Shown piece by piece: positions 42,288 through 50,736 of a stretch of 64,000 bases of DNA. A program made the position numbers and the translations under genes. The stretch lies in contig JBFIJL010000002.1 of assembly GCA_041600755.1 (NCBI GenBank), positions 16,850-80,849 on the forward strand. The letters are read 5' to 3'. Within the stretch, counting starts at the first letter, position 1; every line of letters begins with the position of its first letter. The DNA comes from Candidatus Saccharimonadales bacterium. GTDB taxonomy: Bacteria > Patescibacteriota > Saccharimonadia > Saccharimonadales > JAXHNE01. Below the pieces are notes generated by a model. The model saw nothing but the letters and a program-made list of their open reading frames with translations, was not told where the DNA came from and did no database searches.

Positions 42288-43160
42288 TTATTCATATAAA
42301 TTAATTCTTCCTACCCAAATGAATTCCCACGGCTCTGGTTCAGGACCCTGCGCCTCGGCCTCCTCGGGGTAACTTGGAATCCAACCATGAGTCTTTGCTA
42401 TCTCAAAATTATTTTCTGATATCCAATCGTAACATGATGTATTTTGGAAGCCGTACAATCCAATGCCGTCACAGGCTAGGTCGATTGTATAGCCGTTATG
42501 ATGACGAGAGAAACCGGGAGGGGCGACCTTGTCCATAACACGGTTTATTGCCAGATCAGAATAGCCGTCAGCAACACCTGGCGCAGTTACACCTTGAGCG
42601 CGCATTTCTTGAAGAAATACACTACGCTGAAACTCAATAGAGCGATAAGCCGATGTAATCTGTATTGGAATTCCGGCTTCTTGTGCTGCAGACTGCAAAC
42701 CATCCCAGCCGATTTTGGCGTTTTGCTGAAGCAAATCGTCGTCGGTTAAATAAGGTTCATCAATTTTAATAATATTTGAAACTGGAACTGCACTCAATTT
42801 ATAGCCCCGCGAAATTGCAATTTCATATATCTTTTCATCGGCCGCTTCATTTCCAGTTATTTTAGGGTAATTTACTAGTCGCTCGGTATTTGGGTAAGCA
42901 AAAGCTGTGTAAAGATTCTTGAATTCCTCATCAGTAAACATCTTAAGCTCAGTTCCCTGTGGTGTGGGTTCAGGCACAACCACTTCACTTTCCAGCATTG
43001 GCTGTGGCTGAGACTTATGCACTAATTGCTGTCCGAAAGTTAAATACCCAAATGCAAGAATGACAACCAAAGTCACTGCAGATATAGGGCCCCGAAACGA
43101 GCGTCGTTTTTTACGATTTTTTTGCAACTTCGAAAACTGGTGTGGCTCGACAACTCTCAT
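42288..43160 (-). CDS. VanY/M15-family D-alanyl-D-alanine carboxypeptidase with an N-terminal membrane anchor
   Basis: SAYRSIEFQ and FSRHHNGYTIDL metal-binding motifs. TM segment VTLVVILAFGYLTF. Confidence 0.75.
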   Translation of the reverse strand: MRVVEPHQFSKLQKNRKKRRSFRGPISAVTLVVILAFGYLTFGQQLVHKSQPQPMLESEVVVPEPTPQGTELKMFTDEEFKNLYTAFAYPNTERLVNYPKITGNEAADEKIYEIAISRGYKLSAVPVSNIIKIDEPYLTDDDLLQQNAKIGWDGLQSAAQEAGIPIQITSAYRSIEFQRSVFLQEMRAQGVTAPGVADGYSDLAINRVMDKVAPPGFSRHHNGYTIDLACDGIGLYGFQNTSCYDWISENNFEIAKTHGWIPSYPEEAEAQGPEPEPWEFIWVGRINLYE

Positions 43161-43268
43161 TTCAATTTAGTATACCCCGAATCTGCTTATGTAAAAACTA
43201 CTTGACACCACAAAAATCAGGCGCATAGTAAATTTATAAGATGCAAACTATAACAAAAAGGAAGTTAC

Positions 43269-43766
43269 ATGTCTGGTGCACAGTCAATCAAGTTTAGCCC
43301 AATGGATATTACCAATGGATCTCACCTTCAAGAAGTTGATCCATGTTTGAGATTGAATGACTTCTTGAACAACCCAAGACCTATTGATCCTATACCAGAG
43401 AACGCACAACTAACTGATTTCTTAGTGGAAGAAGGTTACGGTGAACGCGAACGCAACCTATTTACTGAACTTGGCAAAATCACAGTGTTGCCACAAACCG
43501 GGAGGGAGCGCATTAGTCAATCTGTAACAAACTTTGGTGACGTGAAATTCAATATTTCACTAATGCCTCAGCACCCCGAGGGATACACACAAATAACCAG
43601 CCTCATCGCAGTTGACGGTCTATTTCTATTTGGATGCGCGTACGCTTCAAAGCAAACAAAAGAAGCTACACGCAACACGACGCCAGCACCACTTCGATCA
43701 TCACAAATCAATAGATTCAAAGCACTCGCAGATCGAGCAAGACTTTTATTGCCTACCCCTAGTTGA
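43269..43766 (+). CDS. Hypothetical protein (165 aa)
   Basis: ORF with an AAGGAAG RBS. No family recognised. Confidence 0.5.
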   Translation: MSGAQSIKFSPMDITNGSHLQEVDPCLRLNDFLNNPRPIDPIPENAQLTDFLVEEGYGERERNLFTELGKITVLPQTGRERISQSVTNFGDVKFNISLMPQHPEGYTQITSLIAVDGLFLFGCAYASKQTKEATRNTTPAPLRSSQINRFKALADRARLLLPTPS

Positions 43767-43812
43767 GATATTTAGTGTTTTCAGGTAAAATCCATCTGTT
43801 ACGCTCAGTAGT

Positions 43813-43839
43813 GGGGCGTGGCCAAGTGGTAAGGCACCA
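43813..43839 (+). repeat. 27-nt exact copy of the tRNA-Gln 5' half (truncated pseudo-tRNA)
   Basis: GGGGCGTGGCCAAGTGGTAAGGCACCA at 43813-43839 is identical to 43936-43962. The sequence diverges afterwards. Confidence 0.85.
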
Positions 43840-43935
43840 CCCGTTTTGCTTGCAAAACAAAATAAACAATATGGTACTTGTACCAAAAACGGTCCGAAAA
43901 GACTTTAAACTAGCTTAAAAACTTAAATTATTATT

Positions 43936-44009
43936 GGGGCGTGGCCAAGTGGTAAGGCACCAGTTTTTGGTACTGGCATTCGCAGGTTCGATCCCTGCCG
44001 CCCCAGCCA
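43936..44009 (+). tRNA. tRNA-Gln (anticodon TTG), CCA encoded
   Basis: GGGGCGT/CGCCCCA acceptor, anticodon stem CCAGT/ACTGG with loop TTTTGGT, T-arm GCAGG-TTCGATC-CCTGC, 3' end GCCA. Confidence 0.9.
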
Positions 44010-44011
44010 AT

Positions 44012-44039
44012 AAAAAGCAGTCCAATTGGACTGCTTTTT
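44012..44039 (+). terminator. Intrinsic terminator after tRNA-Gln
   Basis: AAAAAGCAGTCCA/TGGACTGCTTTTT perfect hairpin with a T5 run. Confidence 0.75.
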
Positions 44040-44212
44040 ATTTCTTCTACTCTGAGTACTTAATTTAGTCCCATACCACAAATATGTCATCGATATAGTC
44101 GGACAAAACACCTTAATTGAGTTAAGAAGCAGAAATTTAACCACAGCACTCACATAAGGTATCAAGCCGTTTATGGTTGCGTAGAGGTATATAATAGTAT
44201 GTAGGGGAGTTT

Positions 44213-44863
44213 ATGAGTGAAGGTTTAGCAGCCAAGATGGATGCTTTTTTCCCGGAATACCCTATACGCGAGTACCATCGTGGTCAAATACTAATATACG
44301 ATAAGGATATTGTTCAACAAATATTCTTTCTTTTTTCTGGCAAAGTCAGACAATACCGAATTGCCGACGAAGGAAACGAAGTAGTTGTTGAAACTTTTCA
44401 CGATAATTCTTTTTTCCCGAGCTTATCAAATTATTTTTCCAAAACACCTAGTGATTTTTTCTACGATGCCACCACTGATATTAGAATTAAAGCAGTTCCG
44501 ATGTCACGAGTGATCGAATTACTAAAAACTCAGCCAGAAACACTTATAGATCTTGTTATCCACGCCCAAGAAGCAATGGAAAATAGCCTAAAGCGCATGT
44601 CGCATGTCATGTCCAGTACTGCTTATTACAGACTAACCTACGAGTTACTGCTTGAGTGTGAACTTGCTTCTAGAGATAGAAGAGGGCAGTACCGGCTTTC
44701 GCTCCATGAATATGAATTAGCAAATCAAGCGGGTGTGTCTCGTGAGACTGCTAGTCGAGAACTCCAAAAGCTAAAACGCAAAGGCATGGTTGCGGTCAAC
44801 AAACAATACATTGTAGTGAAAGATGTAATCAGACTGAGAAAAGAATTGGGCGATCACCTCTGA
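44213..44863 (+). CDS. Crp/Fnr-family transcriptional regulator
   Basis: N-terminal cNMP-binding-like beta-roll and a C-terminal HTH (ELANQAGVSRETASRELQKLKRKGMV). Confidence 0.85.
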   Translation: MSEGLAAKMDAFFPEYPIREYHRGQILIYDKDIVQQIFFLFSGKVRQYRIADEGNEVVVETFHDNSFFPSLSNYFSKTPSDFFYDATTDIRIKAVPMSRVIELLKTQPETLIDLVIHAQEAMENSLKRMSHVMSSTAYYRLTYELLLECELASRDRRGQYRLSLHEYELANQAGVSRETASRELQKLKRKGMVAVNKQYIVVKDVIRLRKELGDHL

Positions 44864-44868
44864 ACTAG

Positions 44869-44884
44869 TGTGATGCAGATCACA
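44869..44884. promoter_or_regulatory. Perfect CRP-type palindrome TGTGA-N6-TCACA
   Basis: TGTGATGCAGATCACA begins 6 nt after the regulator's stop codon. It lies ~120 nt upstream of the next gene. Confidence 0.55.
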
Positions 44885-45000
44885 TACAAATACTGACGAG
44901 CATCAATGTTATGGATTGTTTCGATTGTTAAGCTGAACTAGGGTCGCGAGATGAGAGGTCAAGAAATATAAGCTTAAGACAGCGGCCTTGTGAGGTGATT

Positions 45001-45588
45001 ATGCAGTTACTGTATGAGCCACGTACAAGCAGTATTTATCAAATTTTCAAACAGATGCTACAGCATCGAAACAATATTGTAGTTGCATTTATAGCCTCAA
45101 TTTCGCTATTAATTTTTGCCGGAGCGGGAGCTTTATCGATCAACAGCCCCAAAGGTATGGAGCTCGATACAGGTCAAGACAACAATACTACGTCAAATAG
45201 TTCCAGTAGCAATAACTCAAGTGCAGAAATGGCCACCCCTGACGATAATCACGACTTTCAAACCAATGGAACAGATACCCACGAAGAAAATGAGCATAAC
45301 TTAAACGCGCAGCTGCACACTGACAGCTCCAATAGCACCCAGAACAACTCAAGTTCTAATAACGTAGATATTTCAATAAAATCTGATGCCACAGACAGCG
45401 GCCAATCTGCAGTAGTGCAAGTAAATGGTCAACAAGTTCCAAATATCGATAACGGGCGAACTCAACGCATCAAACTGAACGACGGGACCGACGTCAGACT
45501 GAAGGTGCGTGAAAGTTCAAGTGATAATAACTCAAACTCAGTCCAAATTTCCGTAAGTAATAATGCAAACGAGAAAGGAGGAGAATGA
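45001..45588 (+). CDS. Membrane-anchored Ser/Asn-rich protein
   Basis: TM segment IVVAFIASISLLIFAGAGALSI followed by low-complexity NNTTSNSSSSNNSS regions. GAGGTG RBS. Confidence 0.5.
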   Translation: MQLLYEPRTSSIYQIFKQMLQHRNNIVVAFIASISLLIFAGAGALSINSPKGMELDTGQDNNTTSNSSSSNNSSAEMATPDDNHDFQTNGTDTHEENEHNLNAQLHTDSSNSTQNNSSSNNVDISIKSDATDSGQSAVVQVNGQQVPNIDNGRTQRIKLNDGTDVRLKVRESSSDNNSNSVQISVSNNANEKGGE

Positions 45589-45716
45589 GTACATTTAAAT
45601 AAAGCACAATGGGCATCATCGTCCTGCCCGAGTGCGCCCACCCACTACCAGGCACACTTAGGCTGGGCGAGGGTCCGAGCTAACATTAAATCACGAAAGC
45701 TTAACAAGGAGATTTT

Positions 45717-46301
45717 ATGAATAAACTTCTTAAATCAACCGCTATTTCACTCACTAGTCTGGTTTTTTCCGTGGGATTAGTAGGAGCACATGCGGGTTCA
45801 ATCGATACCACTGGGCCGGATTCTGACAATTTAGTTAGAGTCACAAATACGGCCGATGTGGATCTCGACAACGACACTGATGTTGATGCCGATATCGATA
45901 TCGATCAGGATGCAAATAGTGGAAATGCAGACGTCAAGCACAACACTGATGCAGGCGATGCAGAAACTGGTGACGCTGAGAATGACAGCGACATCGATGC
46001 ATCAATAGACATCGACAATAGCGACTCATCTTCAGCTGCTTTAAGCGGCTTTGACTTCGGAGGAGGTGGTGAAGGTTCAATCGATAGGACTGGGCCCGAC
46101 TCAAACAATAGAGTCATCTTCCGTAACGACATGAAGGTCCGCGTAGACAATGACACGGACGTTGATTTTGATGTCGATGTCGACCAAGATGCAGATTCTG
46201 GAGATGCAGAAGTAAGCGGAAACACAATGGGCGGAAATGCTACTACCGGAAACGCTAGTAACACGAGCTCAACATCGTTTTCACTCACAGTGCGTAACTA
46301 G
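45717..46301 (+). CDS. Secreted repeat protein (two ~85-aa Asp/Asn/Gly-rich modules)
   Basis: Signal peptide MNKLLKSTAISLTSLVFSVGLVGAHA. Duplicated GSIDxTGPDSxN...DNDTDVD...DQDAxSGxAxVxxNTxxGxAxTGxA. Confidence 0.7.
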   Translation: MNKLLKSTAISLTSLVFSVGLVGAHAGSIDTTGPDSDNLVRVTNTADVDLDNDTDVDADIDIDQDANSGNADVKHNTDAGDAETGDAENDSDIDASIDIDNSDSSSAALSGFDFGGGGEGSIDRTGPDSNNRVIFRNDMKVRVDNDTDVDFDVDVDQDADSGDAEVSGNTMGGNATTGNASNTSSTSFSLTVRN

Positions 46302-46436
46302 ATAACTGAGGAGGATATGCTCTTTAGTTTGCGGAATCCTCGGTAGCGAGAGCTGCTCGGACTCACCCAGCGCCACCGAGGATCCGCATAGGCAAACTCC
46401 TCAAATTCCATACTATTTATTAAAGGGAGACCAACA

Positions 46437-48497
46437 ATGCGCAACGTAACACACCTACTCAGACTCAAAATACAGCCCTTGCTAGTTGCGCTGTTATTAA
46501 TTTTAGCTCCAACCAGCAATGCAATTATTCTGGCTCAGGAAGCTACTTCAGCTCCGGACAATACAACACAATCGGCTGAAGTCACTCCTCCGCCTAAATA
46601 TGTATATAATGCAGAAACTGGACTATGGGAGAACGGCACATACTCCTGGAACCCTGTTACCCATAAAACAACCCCACTACAGACCAAGACCTACAGCTAC
46701 AACACAGCAACTGGAACTTGGGATACAAACTCATGGGCATATGATGAACAGGCGGGTGCTTACGCAGAAAACAAACCTGCAGCCCCCGCACAAGACCCAA
46801 AGCCCCCAGTACAGAGCCAAGCTACTGATATCCCAACTCAATCTACTTCCAGCTCATCATCTGGAGATACAGGCGCCATTCAAACATCCGCACCAGGCTC
46901 TGACAATAAGACGGGTTCGGCCAATATAAGTGCACTCAATACGGGTCCCGGTTCTACGAATAATGCGCAAAACCAAAACGACCAATCTCAATATTTCAGT
47001 AACTTTTTCAACGCTTCAATCAGCGGCAACATAAATTCAAATTCCCAGAGTGGTGATGCTTCAATTCTTCACAACACGGTCGGGGGTGATGCGACAACAG
47101 GGGATGCATTATCAATGGCCACAATCCTTAATATGATTCAATCAGCGTGGGGATCTGGAGAACTTTCACCAAATCTTTACACCTCAACCATTCAGGGTGG
47201 GTACACAGGAGACCTAACTATCAACCCAGGGGACTTGGGCCTGACAAACTCTTCGAACAACCATCCGCAAACAGACCTGAAGGTTGTAAGTAGCCAGGAC
47301 GCATCTATAAAGAACGACGTAAACTTGGCTGCAACTAGCGGTAACGCTCTAGTGTCAAACAACACACAAGCCGGTGACGCCAGAACAGGGGATGCCGCTG
47401 CAGTGGCAAACATAATGAACTTTATTAACTCATCGATCAGTGCTAATAAATCGTTTATTGGCGTATTGAATGTCCTGGGGGACCTAGAGGGCGATGTATT
47501 ACTACCCGGCGACCTAACTAAACATTTACTTGCGGCAAATATTCCTACGGCCAATATCAACCTTAGCCCCTCGGCCTCCTTGGATATCACCAATGAAAAT
47601 GATTTCTCTATTAGCAATGAAATTAATACCACAGCGACCAGCGGAGATGCAGAGGTTAGCCACAACACGGTCGGGGGTAATGCGACAACAGGAAATGCAG
47701 AAACAAGCATAACTGTGTTCAACCTTGTTGGACAAAACATAGTCGCAGAAAATGCACTATTGGTTTTCGTAAACGTGATGGGAGACTGGGTTGGATTCAT
47801 AACCAACGCACCAGCTGGGTCGACATCAGCAATGTTAGGCTGTTGCGCAGGCACTTCGTCATCTGACGATCTACTTAACGGCGTAGACACGGAAATACTC
47901 TCGAAGAATAAATTTTCTATCGATAATAATATTAATCTATCCGCGGTGTCTGGCGATGCGACTGTTAGCGACAACACAGTCGGAGGATCTGCCGAAACTG
48001 GAGATGCGGCGGCAGCAGCAAATGTGCTAAATGTCATGAACTCGAGCCTATCGCTATCAACCTGGTTTGGCGCCCTTTTCATTAACATATTCGGAAACTG
48101 GAATGGAAGCTTTGGAACAGATACTGCATTCGGTGGCTATAGCACTAAACCGAACTCGAGTAATCCCGATCCAGCTAAGCCACCAACTACCGGAAATACA
48201 GTGACAACAAGCTCTGGAGAGACTATTCGATATATAGTAATTGCTTCGACCAGTAGCTCAGTAAGCGGCGGACAATCAAATACCCAAAATTCGCTGGAGC
48301 CTCAATCAATCCCAGAAGTTAACGCAGCAACTACTGAGACCGTCGCAAATTCCAATGCAGATGAACCGTTAAGTACAAACACAGAGACAGATTCAAGCGT
48401 ATTGTCTTACTGGGTTCTCCTCATTATCCTCACAATCACTGCAATTATGCTAATACGGTCAATACTAAAGGCAGACGACGAATCGATAACCGTCTAG
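46437..48497 (+). CDS. Large surface protein: signal peptide, Y-x-Y-N-x2-T-G-x-W repeats, four modules sharing the SGDAxVxxNTxGGxAxTGxA motif, C-terminal TM anchor
   Basis: 686 aa. The motif occurs four times (SGDASILHNTVGGDATTGDA, SGNALVSNNTQAGDARTGDA, SGDAEVSHNTVGGNATTGNA, SGDATVSDNTVGGSAETGDA). C-terminal anchor is VLSYWVLLIILTITAIMLI. Confidence 0.75.
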   Translation: MRNVTHLLRLKIQPLLVALLLILAPTSNAIILAQEATSAPDNTTQSAEVTPPPKYVYNAETGLWENGTYSWNPVTHKTTPLQTKTYSYNTATGTWDTNSWAYDEQAGAYAENKPAAPAQDPKPPVQSQATDIPTQSTSSSSSGDTGAIQTSAPGSDNKTGSANISALNTGPGSTNNAQNQNDQSQYFSNFFNASISGNINSNSQSGDASILHNTVGGDATTGDALSMATILNMIQSAWGSGELSPNLYTSTIQGGYTGDLTINPGDLGLTNSSNNHPQTDLKVVSSQDASIKNDVNLAATSGNALVSNNTQAGDARTGDAAAVANIMNFINSSISANKSFIGVLNVLGDLEGDVLLPGDLTKHLLAANIPTANINLSPSASLDITNENDFSISNEINTTATSGDAEVSHNTVGGNATTGNAETSITVFNLVGQNIVAENALLVFVNVMGDWVGFITNAPAGSTSAMLGCCAGTSSSDDLLNGVDTEILSKNKFSIDNNINLSAVSGDATVSDNTVGGSAETGDAAAAANVLNVMNSSLSLSTWFGALFINIFGNWNGSFGTDTAFGGYSTKPNSSNPDPAKPPTTGNTVTTSSGETIRYIVIASTSSSVSGGQSNTQNSLEPQSIPEVNAATTETVANSNADEPLSTNTETDSSVLSYWVLLIILTITAIMLIRSILKADDESITV

Positions 48498-48610
48498 GCT
48501 AGCATTATCGAATATTCAAGACGAGGAAACTATTAACCAAAGGAACCCTACCTCTGAACTTACAGATGCGCGCCTCAGAAATAGCTGTAAATCAGCTGTA
48601 TAGTAACAAT

Positions 48611-48868
48611 ATGGTTAAAGAATTCTTTTCAAATAAAAATGGAGATGTCGTAATTGCTCAACGTCCAAATTCACCACTTATAGCATGGATTGCAATGACG
48701 CTTATAGCACGATTCACTAGCGGCGATATCGCCAGGTATGCCTCAATCTTAAGCACAGGCGCCGTCCTAATCTGGGCTGGTCTGGAGATTGTCTACGGAG
48801 CTAGCTTGTTTAGGAGATTTCTAGGCTCATTCGTAGCCGTCATGGTGATTTACGGCGCACTGAGCTAG
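48611..48868 (+). CDS. Hypothetical small membrane protein (85 aa)
   Basis: ATG lies 6 nt after TATAGT (48599-48604). TM segments: LIAWIAMTLIARF and GAVLIWAGLEIVYG...FVAVMVIYGAL. Confidence 0.45.
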   Translation: MVKEFFSNKNGDVVIAQRPNSPLIAWIAMTLIARFTSGDIARYASILSTGAVLIWAGLEIVYGASLFRRFLGSFVAVMVIYGALS

Positions 48869-48917
48869 TTTACGGAGTTTACACGGGATTAATAACTCAA
48901 GACTGTATAATGAGCGC

Positions 48918-50135
48918 ATGAACGAGATAATTTGTCCGCACTGCAAGAAGGCGTTTAAGATTGATGAAGCTGGTTATGCCGACATTCTTAAGCAAGTTCG
49001 GGACTCTAAATTTGAAGTTGAGCTTCATGAGCGTCTATCTCTTGCCGAAAAAGATAAGCTCAGCGCTGTTCAACTTGCCGAGGAAAAAACCAAGAGCCAG
49101 CTACGCACTGAGTTTGTACAGTTGCAAAAACAAATGACGGAAATTCAATCACAAAAAGAGTCAGAAATTGCCAAACTACAAGCTAGACTTGAAGCCAGCG
49201 AAACTGAAAAGAAACTAGCCTTGACTGAAGCGGTAAATCAGCTTGAAAAAGAACGTGATGCTCTTGCCAACAAACTCAGCAGCAAAGATACCGAACAAAA
49301 ACTACTAGAGACTTCACTCATCAATAAATACGAAACAGAACTTAAGTCAAAGGATGAAGCAATAGCTCTGTACAAAGACATGAAAGCCAAGCTGAGTACA
49401 AAGATGGTTGGAGAGACTTTGGAGCAGCACTGTGAAACTGAATTTAATCGTTTGCGAGCCACGGGGTTTCAAAACGCTTATTTTGAGAAGGACAACGACA
49501 CCAGTGGCGGTACAAAAGGTGACTATATCTACCGTGAAACTGACGCCAGTGGCACCGAAATAATTTCTATCATGTTTGAAATGAAAAACGAAGGAGACGA
49601 AACTGCCTCCAAAAAGAAAAATGAAGATTTTTTATCAAAGCTTGACTCCGACCGAACCAAAAAAGGCTGTGAATATGCAGTACTCGTATCGTTACTGGAA
49701 TCTGATAATGAGCTCTACAACACAGGGATAGTAGACATGTCACATAAACACCCAAAGATGTATGTAATCCGTCCACAGTTTTTTATTCCAATAATTACTC
49801 TGCTACGCAACGCTGCTATGAGCTCCTTGCAGTATAAATCTGAGCTTGCTGTCGTGAAAGCTCAGAACATTGATGTCACTAACTTTGAAGAGCAGCTGAA
49901 CGACTTCCGTGATTCATTTGGCCGCAATTACCGACTAGCTTCAGACAAATTCAAAACAGCAGTGGAAAGCATTGATAAATCAATTTCTCAGTTACAAAAA
50001 ACTAAGGAAAACTTGCTGCGATCCGAAGATAACCTGCGCATCGCCAACAGCAAAGCTGATGATTTATCCATCAAAAAGCTAACGCGAGGTAACAAAACGA
50101 TGACCAAAAAGTTCGAAGACCTTCAAAATAAATAG
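48918..50135 (+). CDS. DUF2130-family protein (zinc-ribbon N-terminus, coiled coil, C-terminal nuclease-like domain)
   Basis: MNEIICPHCKKAFKIDEAGYADILKQVRD is the characteristic DUF2130 N-terminus. A long coiled coil follows. Confidence 0.7.
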   Translation: MNEIICPHCKKAFKIDEAGYADILKQVRDSKFEVELHERLSLAEKDKLSAVQLAEEKTKSQLRTEFVQLQKQMTEIQSQKESEIAKLQARLEASETEKKLALTEAVNQLEKERDALANKLSSKDTEQKLLETSLINKYETELKSKDEAIALYKDMKAKLSTKMVGETLEQHCETEFNRLRATGFQNAYFEKDNDTSGGTKGDYIYRETDASGTEIISIMFEMKNEGDETASKKKNEDFLSKLDSDRTKKGCEYAVLVSLLESDNELYNTGIVDMSHKHPKMYVIRPQFFIPIITLLRNAAMSSLQYKSELAVVKAQNIDVTNFEEQLNDFRDSFGRNYRLASDKFKTAVESIDKSISQLQKTKENLLRSEDNLRIANSKADDLSIKKLTRGNKTMTKKFEDLQNK

Positions 50136-50161
50136 TGCAGAGCGTTGGTAGAATCTAGGTG

Positions 50162-50680
50162 TTAATTATGTGCAGTGTGAGTTACTTCGATAGAGTCGCT
50201 GATGACAACTCCGTCAATTGCATATTCGCTGTGGTCATTAGCGTTTAAAATCACCTTAAAAGTTTTGGTTCCATCAAATGGCTCAGAATAGTGAAACGTA
50301 GACCCGTAAAGTCTTGCAACTTTCTTGCCGTCTACATACAGGTGAGCATGGCCCTCATTGGCAATATTTTCATCGTTTACGTTCTCTGGAGTAAAAGTGA
50401 AGTTTTCGGTGGTTAAAGTTACGTTCCACCCCGAGACCGCGTCTTCTTCAGCTGCCACAGTTACACTTGGCGCATTGGCAGCTTCAACTTCATACATTCC
50501 GTGACTCATTTCACTGTGATCATCACTCTCCGGCATTGTCTCATCATCACTGTGCTCGTGTTGTATCGTGTCCTGTGTCGCTACAGCATCGTCTTCCTCG
50601 CCATAGTTTGCAATTACATAACCACCAGAAACACCAATAACCAATGAAAGAACCACAGAGACTACGAATTTTACTGACAT
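50162..50680 (-). CDS. Membrane-anchored extracytoplasmic protein with a His/Asp/Met-rich linker (putative metal binding)
   Basis: N-terminal TM segment, HEHSDDETMPESDDHSEMSHGMYE linker, and a beta-rich C-terminal domain containing EGHAHLYVDG. AAGGAG RBS. Confidence 0.5.
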   Translation of the reverse strand: MSVKFVVSVVLSLVIGVSGGYVIANYGEEDDAVATQDTIQHEHSDDETMPESDDHSEMSHGMYEVEAANAPSVTVAAEEDAVSGWNVTLTTENFTFTPENVNDENIANEGHAHLYVDGKKVARLYGSTFHYSEPFDGTKTFKVILNANDHSEYAIDGVVISDSIEVTHTAHN

Positions 50681-50736
50681 GAATCACTCCTTATTTAGTT
50701 CGATATATCTAACCATGAACACTATGACACAATCAA

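Noticed and set aside
47192-48088. 298-aa minus-strand ORF
   Set aside because: It is antisense to the repeat-protein gene. Its openness is a by-product of the biased Gly/Asn/Thr codon usage on the sense strand.
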